From positions 2,666,001-2,730,000 of the forward strand of contig NW_025767080.1 of the NCBI RefSeq assembly GCF_003918875.1: a stretch of 64,000 nt of DNA. Reading direction: 5' to 3'. Positions 26,871 through 38,549 of this stretch are shown one piece after another. Numbering within the stretch: the stretch's first letter is position 1; each line of letters begins with the position of its first letter. Position numbers and translations under genes: made by a program. The notes below the pieces were generated by a model, which saw only the letters and a program-made list of their open reading frames with translations, was not told the origin of the DNA and ran no database searches. This DNA is from Haliotis rubra (lineage: Eukaryota).

Positions 26871-27262
26871 ACAATTATAGACTCTTGTAGAGGTCGATAT
26901 CAGTTTTTATTGACCTGAGTAAAACAATATCGACCGAGCTTGCGAGGTCGATATTGTTTTTCTCAGGTCAATAAAAACCGATATCGACCTCTACAAGAGT
27001 CTATAATTGTTTTATTATATAATGAAAGAGAAACGGGTTTTAACATAAACTTTTAATGCACACATTGTGCCATCTATCCGAGTGATCTGATTGGCTGAAA
27101 AGCGGGGGAAGCCCCTTCTTACGGGATTCCTTGTCTATTTTTAGTAACCCAAGTCAATATCGTAATTTATCAGAAAACTCAAGTCAATATCATGTTTTGT
27201 AGTCAATCATGTGACGGTATTTTGACCAATCGTGGTACAGGAAAAATACTACCTATATAATA
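26871..27262. mobile_element. Hairpin-headed element (hairpin 26871-27010); apex-deleted copies at ~34040-34430 and ~41200-41580
   Basis: acaattatagactcttgtagaggtcgatatc...gatatcgacctctacaagagtctataattgt. Confidence 0.75.
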
Positions 27263-29797
27263 AAAGCCGTTATCCATAAAACATGGCATGCGTTCATGTT
27301 CGTGCAACTTTTAAATGCCTTTTAAGACCTTCGTGTCATTAGATACAGACGTGGATTTTCACCGAGAATTCCTTTATTTCAATTTAATCAAATTTCCTCT
27401 ATACACCCTGCTTCAACATTGCAATGTGGCATGTAAACACAGAAGAACGGGGTGGATACCAACGTCACTCCACTGCACATACAAGGTATGCCTTTGGGGA
27501 ACCGAACCCCTATTGTGTATTAATATCATGTATTTTATTAACAAACAGAACTCCTTGTTAACAAGCGTTTGCATTTTGGAAACCACTTTCTTCTGTATTC
27601 AGATTCACATGCATAAAGAAACTGCTCATGGAGAAGGAGAGCACAACTGGTGCTCCTGGGGATGCCTCCGTCCTGTGTGAATATCTTGCCTCCAAATGTT
27701 ATTGCAAATCAAAGAACAAGAGATTTGCATTTTCAAGAAGGTAGGAAAACCTCAACTCATTTTGAAAGGTCAAAGATGTGTGCGTATGATTCAAAATACG
27801 GCTTTGTGCCGTGCAACTACCGCGCGTTCTGTTAGACAATAAATGCATAGATAAGACTTTGGTAATCAGTAAATATGCTATCGTGGGACTGACCCTGACA
27901 TCTGGCCACCAGGTTTTTCGAAACATGAGACTAGCAACAAGTTTTAACAGGAATTTACCATACTTGTTGCGTCAAAGATGACACTCATCGACGACTTCTT
28001 GTTGGATCGAGATTCCAACAGTTTTTATTATTATTTCACTTTTCTTGTTGTACAGCAACTCATATAATATGTCATTTAACATATGTTTCATTAAAAAAAT
28101 TCAGATAATTTAGTACATCAGTAAACTAAGTTTCATCGAAAAGGATACTTCAATAAAATGGTTCAAAGCATACAGCTTATGGCAACCAATGTCATACATC
28201 GATAAAACAAAGTTTCATCAAAAAGGGTATTTGAATAGAATGGAGACTTCAACATGCAGTTGGACAATTGTTCTAACGCTTCTCAATTCAGTGATCCTAC
28301 AAAAAAATAAACTTTCAACAACACACATATGAACTTATTCACACAAGTGACCATACCTTGCATTTTGTTTATTTCAAGACGTGATGAACAAACAGCCAAA
28401 TCCATAGGTGTGACAAATCATATGATATCCAATCAGACTGTGTTTTGGGAGCAAACGGACTGATGTAAAGCTTTCCCTAGTTTCAATCATGTCAAACTAT
28501 TTGTGTTATATTTTATTGCTGCGTTTCTTATCAGTTTCTATCCCACTCCAGATAGCCACGATCGTATTGTTAGATAGAAAATCTCTTGTTGTGAGTACGT
28601 TTGGATAATTGTGGTTGTGGGCATATAGCATGACTGGTGTATTTGCAGAGATATTTTACACTCTGTTATCGTGGAAAGGAAAACTAGGCTGCAAAATTGA
28701 CGATTATCTTGGACAATAGGATTTTGTTGTGTTTCATCGTGAATCATTCTTTGTTTGTATAGATTCATATATAAAGTACTTGGCTATAGCTCGATATATG
28801 TGTCACCATTTGCCTGTTGTCTTAATTTGCTAATTTGTTAACAATCTGGATATAGATTATAATTTGTCATCTTACATGCAAATACTTTGACGAAATGGGA
28901 AACACAATGCTGCAGTCTTCTTACAAGTACAATGGGCCAAAGGCTATGAATATACAAGTAGGAAAATTAAGTCGCAAATATTCAAGTAAACAATCTGTGG
29001 AGAGGTCAATCAATGGCTGTCAAGTTTCAATACTGTTTCCTCTTATATATAAGAATAAACACCGTAGATGGGATGAAACATTACAAATTCAAAAAGATTG
29101 TCTTTTCTGTCTTCTTTTTGTTAATACCCCAAAAGCGTTACGACATTTAAACCCTCTCCAATATTACTGCTGTGTGTTTTAAAAGGTGGAGTTTTTCAGA
29201 CATTTCAACCCACGTGGTTCCTGGATATAGGTCAGCACCTATACGGCACTGTGATCACAATGTGCTGATTCTACAGCGTAAACAGCGTGAAAAACGTGTT
29301 GAGATCATTTCAGCTGTTTATCGGTATTCCAGGCCATACGGACTTGCTGTGGCCAGATCGTGATTTGGGTGCTTTGGACTAGTTTTTGTGAAATGTCGGG
29401 ATTGTTGTCATTTCATTACAGATATACACGACCCGCTAAGATCGGGGTTAAAACTGAGCAAGCATGAGAACTGAGCAACCTATGCTTGTCGTAAGAGGCG
29501 ACTAACGGGATGGACAGGTTCGCTGACCTGGTTGACGCATGTCATCGCATCGCAGTTCGAAGCTCATGGTGTAATTCCCTGGCTTGTCTGGTCCAGATTA
29601 TTTACCGGTGCCATATAGCTGGGATATTGCTACGTTCGGCATTAAACAATAAACAAACAACAGATGTAAAGATGTTTGGAAGGGAATTTTCAGGGTTGAC
29701 GTTCTCTATTACTTCAATCACTATAAAATGTCAAGCTTAATCCGACATGCTGTGACGGGTCGGCTTCTGTGTAAACAGAATATCGAAATATAATTTA

Positions 29798-30445
29798 CAC
29801 AAGAACTTAATTAAGCACCCCTGTACATTTGCAATGATATGTTTTCAACACGTACATAAAACTTCTCGTGGTGCCCACGATTGAGTGTTTCTGACCCGTA
29901 TGATCCTTTGAAAAAACGACAAAATGATTGTAATCCATGTTGATTTTATGNNNNNNNNNNNNNNNNNNNNNNNNNNNNNNNNNNNNNNNNNNNNNNNNNN
30001 NNNNNNNNNNNNNNNNNNNNNNNNNNNNNNNNNNNNNNNNNNNNNNNNNNNNNNNNNNNNNNNNNNNNNNNNNNNNNNNNNNNNNNNNNNNNNNCTGGAA
30101 TGTTTAATGGTGAATTTATTGGTGAATGTAAACAAGTCATTCAAAATGTCATTTTGCGTGTCTTACACGATTCAAGGTCAATACCGAGTGCAACCTCCTT
30201 GTGACTGTATGACAGTCAGCACTCTCCCCCTCATACCCCCATCATGTCAACCTCCTGATCCTCTGAAGGGGCAGTCTACGCCATTCCTCGTGTAAAGCAG
30301 CATCCAGTTAGGCCAAGTTCTGTACAGGAGGATCCCTTTGTTAAAGACGACGCCCAATCATGTCCCAGATGTGCTCCAAAGGGTTTAGATCGGGACTCAT
30401 TCAATCGTGAGATATGTCAGGTGGTGCTTAACTAAGTTCTTTGTG
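29798..30445 (-). mobile_element. Non-autonomous Tc1 derivative (~650 bp) with TA TSD; copies 36968-37620 and 44115-44733
   Basis: TIR caca(a)agaactta(a/g)ttaagcacc; internal SPDLNPLEHIWD...HEEWRRLP...QGGCTRY* remnant. Confidence 0.85.
29951..30094. other. N run (144 nt); second N run at 37117-37270
   Basis: The equivalent position in unit 3 is the (CA)n tract. Confidence 0.95.
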
Positions 30446-31374
30446 TAATACTTTACTGACATGCTTCACAAGAGACTCATCACACGCGAAAACGTAGACA
30501 ATAGAATTCTGTCATAATTGGTACATCAAATCTACTGAGGGAAGGAGACAGGTTGGTACTATTTTCTGACACGATTCTTCGTGTGAGGGTTTTAATACCC
30601 TAATTGTCTTGTTTCCTCGAATCAACAATGTCAGCAAATAAGAAAGGACAAATATAGCATTGGTACCAATGGCTTTGACTTTGATACGTGGTCTGCAGTA
30701 TGTTGGACCTATTCAACCGTGAATTTGCATCATGAGCTACCAAGACCATATTCTCCGCATGTATGAAAAACGCATAACTGATATTTTATAATATATGAAA
30801 CTGACGATTGTTCTTCAGATTTGAAATATTGCTGAACATACAGCGAAACGTTTTGACTGACAAGTACGGCAAAAAACATAATGTGAACGGGTACGGTGCT
30901 GACATTCCTAAATCTGATATTCGTTCCCAAGAATAGCATTCTGATACGCCAAAAAGGGACACAACTCTGCATAGGGAATTAGAGCGTCTAAGACACCTCA
31001 TCGTATCTCAAATCGTGTAGCTAGGTTGTGAGGTTCAGGCTCACATTGTACATGTTTCTCCATAGAATCATCATCTTTGACACAAATTCAATAAGTCTAC
31101 GAACCACCATATTCCTTTATTCCATCAAGTGTCACGACTGTCACTAGACTGTGTAGTGAAAAGCAATAGTCACGTAAAACTAGCAAATACAGATCCATAT
31201 ATTGTATCGGGATCGTTTGAGGGTTGGCTACAAACCCGGAATACCCATGGAATATATTCCGTAATTGGAAGCATGGAAACCAACACAAACGAGTTAACTG
31301 TTTTAGCAGATTTATTTTACATGTATATATGTATGGATCCACATAATATCGAGTCTTTCCATGGGGTTTCTTCT

Positions 31375-32983
31375 TTATTTCCCTCTGAAAGTAAACAGGT
31401 AGGTTCCAGTGATGGGTATGCAATAACAAACATCAGATAAGGTATTCATTCACATTTACTACTTTGGATTGTGAGTTAACACATGTTATATTTGGGAGTA
31501 CACTTTCTCAATTAAGTACAGATTCTAGTACTTCTGTTGGGTTGCGTTCTATCCGGGATTCTAACCCACACCCTCAGTCAGGCACCTAATCGCCAGCACA
31601 CAAAGTCAGCTGCCTAACCCATCCGCTGTGGCAATAAAGGTACTAGAATCTGTAATTTACGGTGAAAATGTAATACCAAACATAATACGTGTTTCAATTG
31701 ACCACTTTCTTAATGGCATTGTGTATTCATAATGTTTTAATTATTTTGCAATTAATCGTTCCAGTTCAGAGACAAACGGTGACCGATAGATAGACAGATA
31801 GACAGACAGATAGATAGATAGAATAGATCACGCTACTAGCTACTTACACGCCTGGTCCACCAGGTCCAGTTGGACCACGTCCACAAAGACAGTGGCCGTC
31901 AAAACAGTGACGTTCGTCGTGGCTGTCTCTACAACCACAGCTGTCGCAGTCGGCGCGGGCGGTACATGTGGCTGAAATATGAACGTCCCTCTTGGTCACC
32001 ACAGTACATATACGGCTCTCAGTGGTGTGATGTGATTAGATAGCTCCTGGCGTATGCTTGCTCAATGAATCCCTACAATTATCTAAACCGTCGGTATCAA
32101 GCTTGCACAAACATGGACTTTTGCGATTTGGAATTGTGACTTTCACATTTGTTGAAGTCGTGGTGGCTGAGTGAATAGATCGCTTACCTTGTGCACGTCT
32201 TAGGTGCCTCACTCTGTTCCAAACCACTCTCTATAGCCGTGTATACTTGTTGTCGCACCTTTGGCAACGTTTGTTATTGCAGTGTCTTTCCTAAATAATA
32301 CCTTCACGGAAGAACTTTGCCGAATACAGTTATACAGACGTTATTTGGTTAATTGACATACCTGAAAAGTTTACTAAGAAAGTGTAATTATCACATTACA
32401 TTTCATCACCTGCTGAAAGGCAGTGTGTATACTTGTGGTCATTCTGTTTGCCTCTTTCTGGTATAGGCGAATCTTACGTGAATAATACGCTGACGAATGA
32501 AAATTGCCGATTGTTAGTTATTAAGACTGTTATTTTGTTAATTGGCATACCTGAAAAGCAGGTACCAGGATTGGCTGCAACCAGACAGGTGCATTGTCCA
32601 TGAGAGCAGGCAAGCCTTGAGGAACTGTCACATGTCACGTGAGTACAGTCACTATCATCCCTGCACGCCTGGCTGGATATCACCGCTGTATAACAAAAAT
32701 ATATACCATTTCATTAAAATTCGGGCTACCCGATGTACAGGGCACAGGTCACACTTTTGTTGAATGTAGCAAGTGGATGGATGAGCATATTTTGCAGGTT
32801 TGACTCCAGAGGGTTTCAGACTTCTCTCACATATCCAGCTTTGAAAAGGAGCAACACAAATTATGTATAGCTGTTTTATATCATTTAAATACTAAAACCT
32901 AATATCTAAAATATGAATGTCGTTACTATCTTCTACTCACCAATAACAGAGCTGACAATGACGAGAAATAGTGTAAGTTTCAT
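31375..32983 (-). CDS. Copy F (type 2), 103 aa: MKLTLFLVIVSSVIAVISSQACRDDSDCTHVTCDSSSRLACSHGQCTCLVAANPGTCFSATCTARADCDSCGCRDSHDERHCFDGHCLCGRGPTGPGGPGVGK
   Basis: Exons 32941-32983, 32551-32685, 31848-31971, 31375-31384; TATA 33036-33045; AATAAA 31311-31316. Confidence 0.85.
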
Positions 32984-35900
32984 GTCTGTGGGATGAACGA
33001 AATGCTTTCAGAATAATGTCTTCATTCGGTTGATCCTCTTATATACTTATCCTTCCCGTGATACCAACACCAATCCCGTGAGCTAGAGTCACGATGTTGT
33101 GATTCTTTGTACAGCAGCTGCATGCAAGACTTATCTCCTTGTGGGCGGTTACGTCATGACATTGAGATAATACATGCAGCACATAGGTTACATTGCTTTG
33201 ATTTATTTGGTTGGATCTGATACCCAATAGGGCAATGTCTTGTCATATTTACGGTTAAAATTAAACGTTCCTACAAGTGAATAAACAACACATACAAAGT
33301 TAATTTGTTTTCTCATTTACAATGGGTTAGAAACGGTTACAAAAATCGGTATTCTTTCAGTCATTCTGAGGGCTATATTTTCAGACTTCATAAAACTGAA
33401 GGCAATGTCACTCAGTTGCCTTACAAAACTGTATCCCCGTGAATAAGAATGAAGAGTGGAGATGTGAGCTTTAAAGCTTTCCATATTACAAATCAAGAGT
33501 AGGAAAACTGACATGGCAGTGCTGTGTTAGGTCATGTAGCGTTCATAGTTTAATTCAGAGTGTGAAAACGTAATAGAGAACTGTGTTGAATGTAAACTAT
33601 TCAAAACTCAGTAAACCTTTCCAAAGGTTTATAGTTGAGATTGGAGGGCATTTTCAAATTTGACGCGTAACTGACAAAAGTGACGTTTGATGTAATTTTT
33701 ACCTGTAGTATGTGTTCCTGTGTGTTATTCAAGGGAACTTTTACTGGTTTGCAGCGGGTGCCTCCGGTGCGGCACGATAGCAAACACTATTTGGGAGTGA
33801 TTCCAAAACACAGGTTCATGACTGTATATCTAATCAAAGTAATGTTTGATAGGTAACATTTTCTATCTAATATCTATCGTGATTATATTGATATCTTTGT
33901 ATATTCTCCCACCATGCGCTGAGTAAGCATGTTCTGTCTACATATATTCACCCTGTTCATTGACTCAGCATTCACTTCCTAAAGGAGCAAGAATTAGCTC
34001 TGAAACGTCGCATAAAGAATGAAAAGAATGATATATACGAGTTATAGATCCGAGGCTTCTTGTAGAGTGTTGTCGATATCGGTTTGTATTGACCTGAGTA
34101 AAACAATATCGACCGACCTGATAATATTTTCTCAGGTCAATAAAACCGATATCGACCTCTACAAGAGTCTATAATTGTTTTATTATATAATGAAAGAGAA
34201 ACGGGTTTTAACATAAACTTTTAATGCACACATTGTGCCATCTATCCGAGTGATCTGATTGGCTGAAAAGCGGGGGAAGCCCCTTCTTACGGGATTCCTT
34301 GTCTATTTTTAGTAACCCAAGTCAATATCGTAATTTATCAGAAAACTCAAGTCAATATCATGTTTTGTAGTCAATCATGTGACGGTATTTTGACCAATCG
34401 TGGTACAGGAAAAATACTACCTATATAATAAAAGTCGTTATCCATAAAACATGGCATGCGTTCATGTTCGTGCAACTTTTAAATGCCTTTTAAGACCTTC
34501 GTGTCATTAGATACAGACGTGGATTATCACCGAGAATTCCTTTATTTCAATTTAATCAAATTTCCTCTATACACCCTGCTTCAACATTGCAATGTGGCAT
34601 GTAAACACAGAAGAACGGGGTGGATACCAACGTCACTCCACTGCACATACAAGGTATGCCTTTGGGGAACCGAACCCCTATTGTGTATTAATATCATGTA
34701 TTTTATTAACAAACAGAACTCCTTGTTAACAAGCGTTTGCATTTTGGAAACCACTTTCTTCTGTATTCAGATTCATATGCATAAAGAAACTGCTCATGGA
34801 GAAGGAGAGCACAACTGGTGCTCCTGGGGATGCCTCCGTCCTGTGTGAATATCTTGCCTCCAAATGTTATTGCAAATCAAAGAACAAGAGATTTGCATTT
34901 TTCAAGAAGGTAGGAAAACCTCAACTCATTTTGAAAGGTCAAAGATGTGTGCGTATGATTCAAAATACGGCTTTGTGCCGTGCAACTACCGCGCGTTCTG
35001 TTAGACAATAAATGCATAGATAAGACTTTGGTAATCAGTAAATATGCTATCGTGGGACTGACCCTGACATCTGGCCACCAGGTTTTTCGAAACATGAGAC
35101 TAGCAACAAGTTTTAACAGGAATTTACCATACTTGTTGCGTCAAAGATGACACTCATCGACGACTTCTTGTTGGATCGAGATTCCAACAGTTTTTATTAT
35201 TATTTCACTTTTCTTGTTGTACAGCAACTCATATAATATGTCATTTAACATATGTTTCATTAAAAAAATTCAGATAATTTAGTACATCAGTAAACTAAGT
35301 TTCATCGAAAAGGATACTTCAATAAAATGGTTCAAAGCATACAGCTTATGGCAACCAATGTCATACATCGATAAAACAAAGTTTCATCAAAAAGGGTAAT
35401 TGAATAGAATGGAGACTCCAACATGCAGTTGGACAATTGTTCTGACGCTTCTCAATTCAGTGATCCTACAAAAAAGTTTAAACTTTCAACAACACACATA
35501 TGAACTTATTCACACAAGTGACCATACCTTGCATTTGTTTATTTCAAGACGTGATGAACAAACAGCCAAATCCATAGGTGTGACAAATCATATGATATCC
35601 AATCAGACTGTGTTTTGGGAGCAAACGGACTAATGTAAAGCTTTCCCTAGTTTCAATCATGTCAAACTATTTGTGTTATATTTTATTGCTGCGTTTCTTA
35701 TCAGTTTCTATCCCACTCCAGATAGCCACGATCGTATTGTTAGATAGAAAATCTCTTGTTGTGAGTACGTTTGGATAATTGTGGTTGTGGGCATATAGCA
35801 TGACTGGTGTATTTGCAGAGATATTTTACACTCTGTTATCGTGGAAAGGAAAACTAGGCTGCAAAATTGACGATTATCTTGGACAATAGGATTTTGTTGT

Positions 35901-38549
35901 GTTTCATCGTGAATCATTCTTTGTTTGTATAGATTCATATATAAAGTACTTGGCTATAGCTCGATATATGTGTCACCATTTGCCTGTTGTCTTAATTTGC
36001 TAATTTGTTAACAATCTGGATATAGATTATAATTTGTCATCTTACATGCAAATACTTTGACGAAATGGGAAACACAATGCTGCAGTCTTCTTACAAGTAC
36101 AATGGGCCAAAGGCTATGAATATACAAGTAGGAAAATTAAGTCGCAAATATTCAAGTAAACAATCTGTGGAGAGGTCAATCAATGGCTGTCAAGTTTCAA
36201 TACTGTTTCCTCTTATATATAAGAATAAACACCGTAGATGGGATGAAACATTACAAATTCAAAAAGATTGTCTTTTCTGTCTTCTTTTTGTTAATACCCC
36301 AAAAGCGTTACGACATTTAAACCCTCTCCAATATTACTGCTGTGTGTTTTAAAAGGTGGAGTTTTTCAGACATTTCAACCCACGTGGTTCCTGGATATAG
36401 GTCAGCACCTATACGGCACTGTGATCACAATGTGCTGATTCTACAGCGTAAACAGCGTGAAAAACGTGTTGAGATCATTTCAGCTGTTTATCGGTATTCC
36501 AGGCCATACGGACTTGCTGTGGCCAGATCGTGATTTGGGTGCTTTGGACTAGTTTTTGTGAAATGTCGGGATTGTTGTCATTTCATTACAGATATACACG
36601 ACCCGCTAAGATCGGGGTTAAAACTGAGCAAGCATGAGAACTGAGCAACCTATGCTTGTCGTAAGAGGCGACTAACGGGATGGACAGGTTCGCTGACCTG
36701 GTTGACGCATGTCATCGCATCGCAGTTCGAAGCTCATGGTGTAATTCCCTGGCTTGTCTGGTCCAGATTATTTACCGGTGCCATATAGCTGGGATATTGC
36801 TACGTTCGGCATTAAACAATAAACAAACAACAGATGTAAAGATGTTTGGAAGGGAATTTTCAGGGTTGACGTTCTCTATTACTTCAATCACTATAAAATG
36901 TCAAGCTTAATCCGACATGCTGTGACGGGTCGGCTTCTGTGTAAACAGAATATCGAAATATAATTTACACAAGAACTTAATTAAGCACCCCTGTACATTT
37001 GCAATGATATGTTTTCAACACGTACATAAAACTTCTCGTGGTGCCCACGATTGAGTGTTTCTGACCCGTATGATCCTTTGAAAAAACGACAAAATGATTG
37101 TAATCCATGTTGATTTNNNNNNNNNNNNNNNNNNNNNNNNNNNNNNNNNNNNNNNNNNNNNNNNNNNNNNNNNNNNNNNNNNNNNNNNNNNNNNNNNNNN
37201 NNNNNNNNNNNNNNNNNNNNNNNNNNNNNNNNNNNNNNNNNNNNNNNNNNNNNNNNNNNNNNNNNNNNNNCTGGAATGTTTAATGGTGAATTTATTGGTG
37301 AATGTAAACAAGTCATTCAAAATGTCATTTTGCGTGTCTTACACGATTCAAGGTCAATACCGAGTGCAACCTCCTTGTGACTGTATGACAGTCAGCACTC
37401 TCCCCTCATACCCCCATCATGTCAACCTCCTGATCCTCTGAAGGGGCAGTCTACGCCATTCCTCGTGTAAAGCAGCATCCAGTTAGGCCAAGTTCTGTAC
37501 AGGAGGATCCCTTTGTTAAAGACGACGCCCAATCATGTCCCAGATGTGCTCCAAAGGGTTTAGATCGGGACTCATTCAATCGTGAGATATGTCAGGGGGT
37601 GCTTAACTAAGTTCTTTGTGTAATACTTTACTGACATGCTTCACAAGAGACTCATCACACGCGAAAACGTAGACAATAGAATTCTGTCATAATTGGTACA
37701 TCAAATCTACTGAGGGAAGGAGAGAGGTTGGTACTATTTTCTGACACGATTCTTCGTGTGAGGGTTTTAATACCCTAATTGTCTTGTTTCCTCGAATCAA
37801 CAATGTCAGCAAATAAGAAAGGACAAATATAGCATTGGTACCAATGGCTTTGACTTTGATACGTGGTCTGCAGTATGTTGGACCTATTCAACCGTGAATT
37901 TGCATCATGAGCTACCAAGACCATATTCTCCGCATGTATGAAAACGCATAACTGATATTTTATAATATATGAAACTGACGATTGTTCTTCAGATTTGAAA
38001 TATTGCTGAACATACAGCGAAACGTTTTGACTGACAAGTACGGCAAAAAACATAATGTGAACGGGTACGGTGCTGACATTCCTAAATCTGATATTCGTTC
38101 CCAAGAATAGCATTCTGATACGCCAAAAAGGGACACAACTCTGCATAGGGAATTAGAGCGTCTAAGACACCCTCATCGTATCTCAAATCGTGTAGCTAGG
38201 TTGTGAGGTTCAGGCTCACATTGTACATGTTTCTCCATAGAATCATCATCTTTGACACAAATTCAATAAGTCTACGAACCACCATATTCCTTTATTCCAT
38301 CAAGTGTCACGACTGTCACTAGACTGTGTAGTGAAAAGCAATAGTCACGTAAAACTAGCAAATACAGATCCATATATTGTATCGGGATCGTTTGAGGGTT
38401 GGCTACAAACCCGGAATACCCATGGAATATATTCCGTAATTGGAAGCATGGAAACCAACACAAACGAGTTAACTGTTTTAGCAGATTTATTTTACATGTA
38501 TATATGTATGGATCCACATAATATCGAGTCTTTCCATGGGGTTTCTTCT

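Noticed and set aside
27315-29740. ORFs recurring three times (MPFKTF..., MGNTML..., MDRFAD...)
   Set aside because: Recurrence reflects the recent triplication; no domains, frameshifts between units, overlap with SINEs.
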